From positions 1 to 27,100 of the forward strand of contig CAZDTP010000054.1 in assembly GCA_964508365.1 (NCBI GenBank): a stretch of 27,100 bases of DNA, in the 5' to 3' direction. Source of the DNA: an uncultured archaeon (GTDB lineage: Archaea > Asgardarchaeota > Lokiarchaeia > Sigyniarchaeales > SOKP01). The notes under the pieces were generated by a model, which searched no databases, was not told where the DNA came from, and saw nothing but the letters and a program-made list of their open reading frames with translations. Below, piece by piece: positions 18,458 through 26,793 of this stretch. The first letter of the stretch is position 1, and each line of letters starts with the position of its first letter. The translations under genes were made by a program, and so were the position numbers.

Positions 18458-20287
18458 TTATTTATCTAAGACATATTTCTCCATATATTTACAACAAAAT
18501 TCAAAAAACTTTTCAAAAAATTCGGAAGAAAGTTTTTTTCCTTTGATTAATTCACAAATCTCTTTTAATTGGATTAATTCAGGATTCTTTTTTTCGTTGT
18601 AAATAGAATCGTCATCTGTCAGAAAATAATACAATATAATTATTAGATTAAATGAAACCCATGACTGTCCTCTATAAGTGTTGTTTAAATGAGGTTGAAT
18701 GTCTCTATTTTTCAATAACTCTCTCTTTTGAGTTGTGCTTATCACTTTTTCTAATTTAGGAAATATTACCATATCAATAAAAAGATGTAAGATGATCGAG
18801 ACATGTTTAGCTACTAAGAATTGTTGTTCTTTTGGAAGGATTGAATTGTAAATTAATTCCTGATTAGGTGAATTTCTTAGATTTATTAATTTTTTGAACA
18901 ACTCTTTGCTAATGGAGTTATTTATTTCAAGGAATACTAAATATTCCAGATATAAAAAAAAAAAATTATAATAATACAAAAGATTTTGAAAGAGATTTTT
19001 TTCTTCAATCCACATATACAATCCTTCAATAAATAACTCAGGCGAATTTGTTATAAATAGGATTCCTGAAAAATCTCGAAATGGAAATCTACATATAAAT
19101 CCATTCTCGGGATTAAATTCAAATTCTTGAGGAATCCATAAAGGTTTATCTTGTTGAATGGATATTATTTGTTTATAGTACAATTTAACCCTTCTATTTT
19201 CACTACTTCTTTCAGAAAGTCTAAAGTTTTTTGCAGCGATTAAATTTCTAAATTTATCAACCTCATAGAGTCTTTCAAGAGGTAATATTATTATAGGATT
19301 TTCTAATAAATCTTGATAATCTGGAAAGATTTGTTTCATGATATCTAAATATTCTTTTGGTATTGAATAAAATTCGCGATAATACTCTTCATTCCAAAAA
19401 TCTGAAGCGAATTCTCTGATTGAATTCTTAATATCTTTGTATCTAGCTAAAAAAGTTTCAGCTTTGTTCAATTCATTCATATGTTCATAAAAAACATATA
19501 ATTTTTTATATAGTTCTGCACGTAAATCCTTATTTTCTAGTTGATTAGCAATATAAAGTGCATTACTGTATTCTTTTTTAATTGATCTATTATCATTCTC
19601 TTTGAATAATTTCTCACATTGTAAAATATGGTGATTAATGATTTTTTCTAGAATGGAATCTATTAATTTAGAAATTTCGATTAAAATTGCTGTAATATTA
19701 ACTATAATATTTAAAGCATCTAAGCGAAAAAATTCTCGTTTCATCTTATGATAACTTTCTTCGGCATGTAAATGAATAAAATCATACCATTCTTTTTGAT
19801 CTTTCTTTATATTTGCATGAGCATAATGTCCAAAGATAAAACAATCAAATATCTCTTCGTTAATCTTAAATTCTTTTGTTTTATTTCCTCTAGTTAATTT
19901 AAGATTAACCATTGGTGGTGATTGTAAAAATTGATTAATTACTTTTCTAAAATTCTTGAAATTTTTCACTTCATCTTGAAAAAATGGTTCTAAAGCTGGA
20001 AGAACTTCATCTCCAAGATATTGAAGGGAAGATCTTTCATTTCCTATTATAAAAAAACGAAAATCCAAAATAAAGGCTTTTATTGACTCTTCAGGAGGTT
20101 CACTAATACCAATTCTCCCTACCCAACCATTCTGAACTTTCTTAGCTTCTGCTTTGAGCTGTAATTGAATATTTTCTTTAAAATAAAATTTGAAAAAATT
20201 TGAATTTTCTAATTCTTTTATTTTTTGGTGGTAATGAATTATAGCGTCAATATGCTTTGACTTAATTTTTAAATTCTTAATGATCAT
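18458..20287 (-). CDS. Hypothetical 609-aa protein: N-terminal helical domain (FRFF..NE..S / FGHYAHAN), central TPR-like helices, unknown C-terminus
   Basis: Long clean, very AT-rich ORF. TPR-like EYSNALYIANQLENKDLRAELYKKLYVFYEHMNELNKAETFL. Domain calls are tentative. Confidence 0.75.
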   Translation of the reverse strand: MIIKNLKIKSKHIDAIIHYHQKIKELENSNFFKFYFKENIQLQLKAEAKKVQNGWVGRIGISEPPEESIKAFILDFRFFIIGNERSSLQYLGDEVLPALEPFFQDEVKNFKNFRKVINQFLQSPPMVNLKLTRGNKTKEFKINEEIFDCFIFGHYAHANIKKDQKEWYDFIHLHAEESYHKMKREFFRLDALNIIVNITAILIEISKLIDSILEKIINHHILQCEKLFKENDNRSIKKEYSNALYIANQLENKDLRAELYKKLYVFYEHMNELNKAETFLARYKDIKNSIREFASDFWNEEYYREFYSIPKEYLDIMKQIFPDYQDLLENPIIILPLERLYEVDKFRNLIAAKNFRLSERSSENRRVKLYYKQIISIQQDKPLWIPQEFEFNPENGFICRFPFRDFSGILFITNSPELFIEGLYMWIEEKNLFQNLLYYYNFFFLYLEYLVFLEINNSISKELFKKLINLRNSPNQELIYNSILPKEQQFLVAKHVSIILHLFIDMVIFPKLEKVISTTQKRELLKNRDIQPHLNNTYRGQSWVSFNLIIILYYFLTDDDSIYNEKKNPELIQLKEICELIKGKKLSSEFFEKFFEFCCKYMEKYVLDK

Positions 20288-20632
20288 TTCCTAAAAGCAA
20301 TAAAATACTACTATCTTGATTCTATTTTTATATACAATTATGTCTCTAAATAATGTAAAATATAAAAATTTTTTAAGTTTAGCATTAATTTGCAGACATA
20401 TTTATTAGATTATTAATAGTCTATTAAATTATTAATTTTTTTCAGTTTTATTAGTATTAAAATTTACAGGTATATTTATAAGTCCCGACAAAACTCTATT
20501 TAAGTGTAATTGATATCATAAATTAATTTCCAGATATGTCCATATTGAGTATACTTAAATTAACAGTAACTAAAAACAATCTAAAAAGTATAAGAAAGCT
20601 TGTTACTTAGATGAAATAGATGCAAAAAAGAC

Positions 20633-20709
20633 GACTCCTACCTTACCTGCGCGAAATTGCAATTCTCTTTCAACCAAAAGGATGTAATGTAGGGTAGGAG
20701 TCTTGGTTT
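20633..20709 (-). other. Conserved non-coding motif downstream of the TFB-like gene, copy B, with a 14-bp inverted repeat followed by a T-run
   Basis: Arms 20633-20646 and 20689-20702 match at 13/14 positions. On the minus strand the stem is followed by GTCTTTTTT. Shares 16-nt and 13-nt identical blocks with copy A. Confidence 0.7.
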
Positions 20710-20720
20710 ACGCTAAATTT

Positions 20721-21929
20721 TCAGTTCGCTAATGGGGGTCCTACGGGCGAGTAATACTTCCAAAGCTCAACCTGAGGAGAAGTTACGATGGGATTTTCGC
20801 GCTTCGGTTGAGAAGAGTTATCCAGTCTTGGAGAGCTTATGGACACCACTACTAGCTCGTTTAAGTTTCTAACGAAAAAATAGTATTCAAGATCGTTGTT
20901 GGCGTTAAACACTGGCGACGCAGATCCCAGCGTAATTTGTATCAGTTTTTTCTCCTCAAGTCTTTCTTTGTTCTCAAAAACACCCAATTTAGCCATTATT
21001 TTTTTCAGGAGACCAGCAGATTTGACTAAACTTCTAAAGCCAGCTACTCGATACCGGTCAAATACTCTTTTTTCAACTTGTTTTTGGATAGCTGACATTT
21101 CTATTCCCAAGATATCGCACAGATTAGAAACCCGACAGGTCGCGTTTCGAGTACAGAGTAAGGTAATCGAACACACCAATCCTACTATGATATCATCCTT
21201 AGTGTTCTTGATGTTCTCGTAAAATGTGTTCAGAATTTTCTTAGATTGATAGAAAAACGGCATCCCTAGGTTAAAGTGTTCTGTCATCGCTAAAATCCTG
21301 CGGACCACGTATTCTTTGCGATTTCTCTCCTGATATTGCGGCCATATACGGATAATTGAAAGCTTAAACGAGTTAAAATCCTTTTTTGAGATGTGTGCAA
21401 CGTCCAACAGCTTTCTCTCGTGAATAGGTTTGCTATTTTCTTTGTAAAAGGCGTAAATAACGCTCGGAACCAGCATTGTTGGGTTTCTATACTTGGTTCC
21501 CGTAGCGATTTGAGAACGTATGAATTTGAACCGCTCCAATAATGGATATATGTCTTTGTTTGGGAGCTTTAAAGCGGTTATAATGCGCTTAATTTCGGCT
21601 CTAGCCGCGTTTACTACTATTTCCTCGTACGAACGGCGTGCATCTAGCTTATTCAAGGCTTCAATCCTAACCGAATTACTTACGCCAAACCTTTCTTTCT
21701 TGGTTCCTATTTGAGTCTTATTCATAACAGCGTATTGCAGGATGTCTTTGTCGTACGGTCTATGGTATTCTAATTTTTGTAACTCCAAAACTATTCCACA
21801 ATTTTGGCACGAAAATCCTTCGTAAGTTTCTATAATGTCCATTGAACCGCACATATCGCATCGTTCCGAAGAATCTAACGTGGAACTTGCGTCTAACGAG
21901 CCAATTTTAACCAAATTGTAGCTTGCCAT
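20721..21929 (-). CDS. Divergent transcription factor B (TFIIB)-like protein with a C-terminal extension
   Basis: Zn ribbon CDMC...CQNCGIVL, TQIG...ER linker, two cyclin-like helical repeats, and an extra ~90-aa tail ending in GPPLAN. Confidence 0.82.
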   Translation of the reverse strand: MASYNLVKIGSLDASSTLDSSERCDMCGSMDIIETYEGFSCQNCGIVLELQKLEYHRPYDKDILQYAVMNKTQIGTKKERFGVSNSVRIEALNKLDARRSYEEIVVNAARAEIKRIITALKLPNKDIYPLLERFKFIRSQIATGTKYRNPTMLVPSVIYAFYKENSKPIHERKLLDVAHISKKDFNSFKLSIIRIWPQYQERNRKEYVVRRILAMTEHFNLGMPFFYQSKKILNTFYENIKNTKDDIIVGLVCSITLLCTRNATCRVSNLCDILGIEMSAIQKQVEKRVFDRYRVAGFRSLVKSAGLLKKIMAKLGVFENKERLEEKKLIQITLGSASPVFNANNDLEYYFFVRNLNELVVVSISSPRLDNSSQPKRENPIVTSPQVELWKYYSPVGPPLAN

Positions 21930-22474
21930 TTATTTTTACCTTACAATTCCAATATATTAAGTAAAGTATGGGCACCAGTTTGCTATTTGAATCTTGTGAC
22001 TCGAGTGTAAAATATCAGAAACGCAGGAGGCATGGGAGTTTACGATTAGATTTACGCCGATCACCTGCCCTATTTTTTGTTTCCTCTACAAAACTGTCTG
22101 AATGAGAATAAGACGGGAAACATAGAACGCGCATTTTTTGCGAAAAATCATAATTTTGCAATTCGATTAGGAAGTACGTTGCAAGTCAAATTAAGGAGAA
22201 GATACATACAACAATAACACGAAGATTTTAAGGAATTTGTAATAGAGATATCGCATTATAACTTATCTTTTTCTCTTTGGGCTGAAAATCTCGGAGTTCT
22301 CCTTAGTCTTCGACGGTAATTGAAAGATACGAAAACAAATTAACTTATAACTGGGAGTCATTGAGAATTAAACAATATAAACAGCTCTTAAAAAAATTTT
22401 TCTTTTAAAAAGAAACACTATCTGGTAAATGTAATTTGATGCTATGGTCGTGTTTTATTGTGAGAGAGAAAAAA

Positions 22475-22600
22475 ATGGAAAAAGAAACTGAAAAAAAGAA
22501 CAAAGGGCTCTCTCGTAAGCCTGAGGAAGCCAAAAGAGTATTGTTTCGTCCTTGTAATCCTTTTATTTTTTCCATAAGAATTTGTATACAAAAGAGGTGA
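22475..22600 (+). CDS. Possible 41-aa small protein
   Basis: Manual translation MEKETEKKNKGLSRKPEEAKRVLFRPCNPFIFSIRICIQKR*. Its stop overlaps the GAGGTGA RBS of the next ORF. Confidence 0.3.
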   Translation: MEKETEKKNKGLSRKPEEAKRVLFRPCNPFIFSIRICIQKR

Positions 22601-22607
22601 GAGAATC

Positions 22608-22721
22608 GTGAAACGAAGATTGTGGAGTAATCTGGTTTTATCGGTCGGCGTTGTATCTCTAATTGCGATAGTAGCTATTCTTCTGACTGTTAACGGAATT
22701 GCGTTTCGACCGTTCTTTTAG
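22608..22721 (+). CDS. Small single-pass membrane protein (37 aa), not in the ORF track
   Basis: GTG start with GAGGTGA just upstream. MKRRLWSNLVLSVGVVSLIAIVAILLTVNGIAFRPFF*; followed by a T-rich tract. Confidence 0.65.
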   Translation: MKRRLWSNLVLSVGVVSLIAIVAILLTVNGIAFRPFF

Positions 22722-22840
22722 CCATTAATCTACCCTTTTTTTTCTTTTTAAAGGAAGGTAGGCTTAAATAGTAAAACTTCAAAATAATATTATCCAAAAA
22801 AGTAAAATTCGAAGCTAAAAAAAAATACAGGTGAGAAATC

Positions 22841-23596
22841 ACGAAATTAAAGAGTATAATTTTATTATACCTGTGTCTTCTATTAGCGATAGGGCCTGTA
22901 ATGATTACTTCACCTGTAAAAGGGGTTGTGCAACAAAAAACGAGTATTACAGTAGCAGATAAAGACTCTCATGTCGATTACGCAGTTCAGGGAAGAAATC
23001 GTGGAAATGATGTTAGGTTGAGAGTAGGGGGAATGTATAGGGGACACCCCCTATATGAAGCTTACATTCACTTCAACTTAACTAACAAACCATCTAATCT
23101 CATCAAAGCCGAGCTTACCTTATATATCTGGTCCGTTGAAGTGACAACAAATTATACGCTGTCTACAACTGATGAAAACTGGGACGAAATGACAATAATC
23201 TGGAGCAATAAACCTGCTCTCCTGCAAACTCTAGGGGAAATTACGGTTTCAGCCAATGATACCTATAAAATTGACCTTACATCATTAATCAATGCAAGCA
23301 CGACAATTTCTTTTTGCATTAGCAAATCGGCTGGGGATGTATTTGAAGATGTGATCAGCATAGCATCAAGAAATAGAGCTTTTGACAAACCTAGAATAGT
23401 TTGGACCTATGAAGAAACGGTTCCATACGAATTTCCTGGTTTCGATGTTCCATTTGAAATTACTTTCTTGATTATAATCATCGCCGGTATTATTGGCGTT
23501 TTAATTGTGGTTTACATACTATGGAGAAGAGACTCCCGAGTGAATAAGTTAAGTTTAATTAGTAAAACAACAAGAATGATTAATTATGAACGATGA
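22841..23596 (+). CDS. DNRLRE-domain (CBM96-like) secreted, C-terminally membrane-anchored protein
   Basis: DSHVD...N.G...LRVG, YEAYIHFNL, KAELTLY, WDEMTIIWSNKP and a C-terminal TM helix. The in-frame upstream sequence gives a signal peptide starting at ACG 22841 (track start 22901). Confidence 0.8.
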   Translation, partial: TKLKSIILLYLCLLLAIGPVMITSPVKGVVQQKTSITVADKDSHVDYAVQGRNRGNDVRLRVGGMYRGHPLYEAYIHFNLTNKPSNLIKAELTLYIWSVEVTTNYTLSTTDENWDEMTIIWSNKPALLQTLGEITVSANDTYKIDLTSLINASTTISFCISKSAGDVFEDVISIASRNRAFDKPRIVWTYEETVPYEFPGFDVPFEITFLIIIIAGIIGVLIVVYILWRRDSRVNKLSLISKTTRMINYER

Positions 23597-24395
23597 AAGT
23601 CGCGATAAAAAGAAGATTTATGATGTAATCGCGAAAAATCGATTTATTTTTGCTCTCGCGGGTAGTATTATTACTATAATCGCTTTTTATTTTCCTATGT
23701 TACAGTTTGTGTGGTATGACAGCGATCTCGGTGTACACGGGCGAGAATCACTCTGGGTGTACGGATATTATGAGGAGTATGGGATTATGGGCGATGTTGT
23801 GCTCTGGGATTCTAGTGCATGGTTTGGTGCGCTTGACGAACAAAAGTTTGGGATTGCGATGTTCTCTATAGCGTCAACGGCTATACTGCTTGCACTGGTC
23901 TGGGGAACAATTTTTATAGCCAGTAATATCTTAATAAGAAAGAGGAAGGAAGGGGTGTATTCTTCCAGATTATTTCTCTGTTTTTCTATAGGAATCTATG
24001 CTGTTGCGAATATATTTGTATTTTATTTCCCATTTATTGGAAATTGGCATCATCCACCTGATGTGTACCAAAACGGGCCACTTCTTTTCAATATAGGAGC
24101 TGTTTTAATACTTATAGGATATACCGTGAACATCAAGTCGATATTAAGAATCGTTTCTCTCTATGTAGCTGGAGTCTTGGTTCTTTTCGCTGGATATGCC
24201 TTATTCCAATTCCTATGGATGATTTTATGGTCTGGATATCCATTGGATCCATCGGGTGTTGAGTTTCAATTCAACCGCCTTGTAATACCTGCAGCTATAG
24301 CTATACTCTGGGCTCTTGCGATAGTGATAGTCAACCTGTTTATCCTAATTCTACGAAGAAGGATTAAAAGAAAATCACGTGTATTGAATAGATAA
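23586..24395 (+). CDS. Multi-pass membrane protein of unknown function
   Basis: 269-aa ORF with about 6 hydrophobic segments. Overlaps the upstream gene by 11 nt, so the two probably form an operon. Confidence 0.8.
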   Translation: MNDESRDKKKIYDVIAKNRFIFALAGSIITIIAFYFPMLQFVWYDSDLGVHGRESLWVYGYYEEYGIMGDVVLWDSSAWFGALDEQKFGIAMFSIASTAILLALVWGTIFIASNILIRKRKEGVYSSRLFLCFSIGIYAVANIFVFYFPFIGNWHHPPDVYQNGPLLFNIGAVLILIGYTVNIKSILRIVSLYVAGVLVLFAGYALFQFLWMILWSGYPLDPSGVEFQFNRLVIPAAIAILWALAIVIVNLFILILRRRIKRKSRVLNR

Positions 24396-24498
24396 CAAAT
24401 TTTTTTTTGGCAAAAAAGAATCACCTCTTTTGAGCGCGTTGCTTACCTTGCTTGTCCTCTATACTTAAAAAAAAGGTAATAACTTTTCTTTCTGTCAT

Positions 24499-25731
24499 CT
24501 ATATGAACGCATTGATGCCCCGAGCATTAAACCTTGCTAAAAGACTTTTTGGATCTACAAATAGATTTCGTTCTAAATGTATTTCTCTGAGTTCATGTAA
24601 AGCGAATATATTTTGTGGAAGGTCCACCAATAAGTTGTCTCCTAAGTAGACTTCTTCTAAAGATACCATATTTTCGATGCTTCTGGGTAAGGATTCTAAG
24701 GAGTTATGGGAAAAATCAATTTGCTCGAGATTTACTAAATTCCCTAATGAAGCTGGAAGTTCTTTTAAATGCGAATGTTCAACAACTAAGATCTTTAGGT
24801 TTCTTAATTCGCCAGCCGATGAAGGAAGTTTACTCATTTCGGTGTTATTAATTAGTAAGCGCTCCAAGTGTTTTAACTTGCTCAATTTAGTAAAAACTTC
24901 AGCCCAAATGGCATTATCTGCAAATTCACACCAGTGAAACACTACGCCTGTTATCTTATTGTAAGATATTTTAAACCATAGCATATTATCATCCTTATCG
25001 TCAAGAAGAGACGATTTCGGAAAATAGGCTTTAAAACTATGTTTTTGAACGGAATACTTATTTAAATATAGTTCAATATCTAGTAATTCTGCTATTTCTG
25101 GAGGAAATAGACTCAAATATTCTCCTCTCGTCAAACTATTAAGTTTGTCGAGAATTAGGTCTAATGAGTTATCCTCGAAATCACCTGAGAATTCTTGAAT
25201 AATTTTTCTTAACGAAATTAGATCGTTTTTCCCCGTTTTTTTTGATTCGATAGCCTTTACCTGTTCTATAGAAAATTCGTTTAATTCTCGTTCTTTAGCT
25301 TTCACGCTACCAATTAAGTAGGCTTTTATGTCTTCTACCTTTCTTTCAATTATATTAAGAAATCTCTCATTATTCTTTGTCTTTTTGTGATATAAATAGT
25401 AATATTCGAAGTTTTCGTAAACCCTTGCAGCTCCTTTAAGAGTTAAGGTAGAGAATTTACGATCCCTCCCCTCTGCGTAGTGATAGTGTATCTTTATTAA
25501 TCCTAATTTTTGGAGTTCTTGTAATCGCTTTGAATAAACATCTGGGTTATGTAAGAGCCTATTCAGTACCGCGTTTAATTTACCATCCTCTGTTTGTATC
25601 TCTTTAAACTTACTAAATTTGATGGTATTTCCCTCCGAAAATAAGTGAATGATAAGGATTAATTCGTGTCTTTTGGAAGCACCACCCTTGTTAATATAGT
25701 TCAGATAAGTTATGGGTATGAAATTATACAT
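24499..25731 (-). CDS. Winged-helix plus leucine-rich-repeat fusion protein
   Basis: N-terminal wHTH-like (YSKRLQELQKLGLIKIHYHYAEGRDRKFSTLTLKG). C-terminal ~23-aa LRRs (LKILVVEHSHLKELPASLGNL, LEQIDFSHNSLESLPRSIENM, LEEVYLGDNLLVDLPQNIFAL). Confidence 0.85.
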   Translation of the reverse strand: MYNFIPITYLNYINKGGASKRHELILIIHLFSEGNTIKFSKFKEIQTEDGKLNAVLNRLLHNPDVYSKRLQELQKLGLIKIHYHYAEGRDRKFSTLTLKGAARVYENFEYYYLYHKKTKNNERFLNIIERKVEDIKAYLIGSVKAKERELNEFSIEQVKAIESKKTGKNDLISLRKIIQEFSGDFEDNSLDLILDKLNSLTRGEYLSLFPPEIAELLDIELYLNKYSVQKHSFKAYFPKSSLLDDKDDNMLWFKISYNKITGVVFHWCEFADNAIWAEVFTKLSKLKHLERLLINNTEMSKLPSSAGELRNLKILVVEHSHLKELPASLGNLVNLEQIDFSHNSLESLPRSIENMVSLEEVYLGDNLLVDLPQNIFALHELREIHLERNLFVDPKSLLARFNARGINAFI

Positions 25732-26100
25732 ATTTAATATTATTTTTTTGTAGTTTTAATCTTTTTAGTATACTAAATTCTAACATAAAAGTCTTAACTG
25801 AAATACATAAAACACATATAGACTTTCCCAAAGGACTTCATCCTTTTCATCCTAAGTATGAATATCTCCTACCCCTTGAATGGTCTTTAGAACGATTTAT
25901 TAAGAGTTTAGGAAATTATGAGAGTAATCATATAAAACATATTTTGAAAGAGTATCTAGAAAAACATAATTAACTAGTTATATTTCTGCTGATATTAATA
26001 AATCTCAAACATCTGATTTTCTCTTAAAGATTTGTTTTAAAGTCCAAAATTTAATTAGTCTTAATTGTGGTTTGTTTAGTAACTATCAAAAGATAATTCG

Positions 26101-26793
26101 ATGATTATGCAAGAAAAATTAAAATGGAACGCAATAGGCTTAGTAAGAAAAACCCAATCGCTTCAAGATTACATTCAAAGAGAAAAGGATGCAATCCCTG
26201 TCGATCACACGAGTAAACACACGAAAAGAGAGAATTATTTAGCTGAATTAAATCATTTGCTTGAACGGATGGAAAAGATCGAAAAAATCCTTATCCCTAA
26301 ACTCGAAGGTATTTTTCGCTTAAAGTTTACGACTCCTGAATTAATTATGTTTGCGCTGTCGAACACCAGTATCCGCAATATCTTTGAAGATTTGAACACG
26401 CTATTTATTAACGACCCCAATAGACCGTTAAAAAAAGAGGAATTGATTGAATTGGCAAGCTCTGGAGACGCTGCGAAGGTATTAGCGTTGATTGGGGATG
26501 CAGCTCTTGATTTAGCAATAGTCCAATTATTGTGGGATTCTTCGTTATCTACTACCGGTAAACTCACTGAAAAAAGGAAGGAAGTAGCGTCTAATCTCAA
26601 TTTGGCGAAGTATTGCGATGAATGGGGATTATTTGGTTGCCAGCTTAACAGATTTAGAGCTATTGAGCACGAAGATACGAAACCTGAAACCATAATTCAC
26701 GATAAAGACACGCTTGTAGAGTCTATCCTGGGAGTAATATATCTTGAATTTGGTCTAGAGGTGTTATTGAGGATAGTTCCATTAATTCAATAA
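26101..26793 (+). CDS. Ribonuclease III catalytic-domain protein lacking a dsRBD (Mini-III-like active site)
   Basis: LEGIFRLKFTTPELIMFALSNTS (RNase III first helix), LALIGDAALDL signature, GKLTEKR...SNLNLA and TLVESILGVIYLEFG. Confidence 0.85.
   Translation: MIMQEKLKWNAIGLVRKTQSLQDYIQREKDAIPVDHTSKHTKRENYLAELNHLLERMEKIEKILIPKLEGIFRLKFTTPELIMFALSNTSIRNIFEDLNTLFINDPNRPLKKEELIELASSGDAAKVLALIGDAALDLAIVQLLWDSSLSTTGKLTEKRKEVASNLNLAKYCDEWGLFGCQLNRFRAIEHEDTKPETIIHDKDTLVESILGVIYLEFGLEVLLRIVPLIQ

Noticed and set aside
16009-20709. Integron-like attC array or CRISPR array
   Set aside because: Only two inverted copies of the motif; none between the cargo genes, no integrase or cas genes, and no regular repeat-spacer pattern anywhere in the window.
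20896-21714. ORFs 20896-21222 and 21520-21714 (+)
   Set aside because: Antisense to the TFB-like gene.
24452-24937. ORFs 24452-24649, 24615-24851 and 24677-24937 (+)
   Set aside because: Antisense shadows of the LRR region.
25803-25973. Start-less plus-strand frame ...DFPKGLHPFHPKYEYLLPLEWSLERFIKSLGNYESNHIKHILKEYLEKHN*
   Set aside because: Looks protein-like and may be a remnant, but has no start codon or recognisable family.
26253-26693. 146-aa minus-strand ORF
   Set aside because: Antisense to the RNase III gene.
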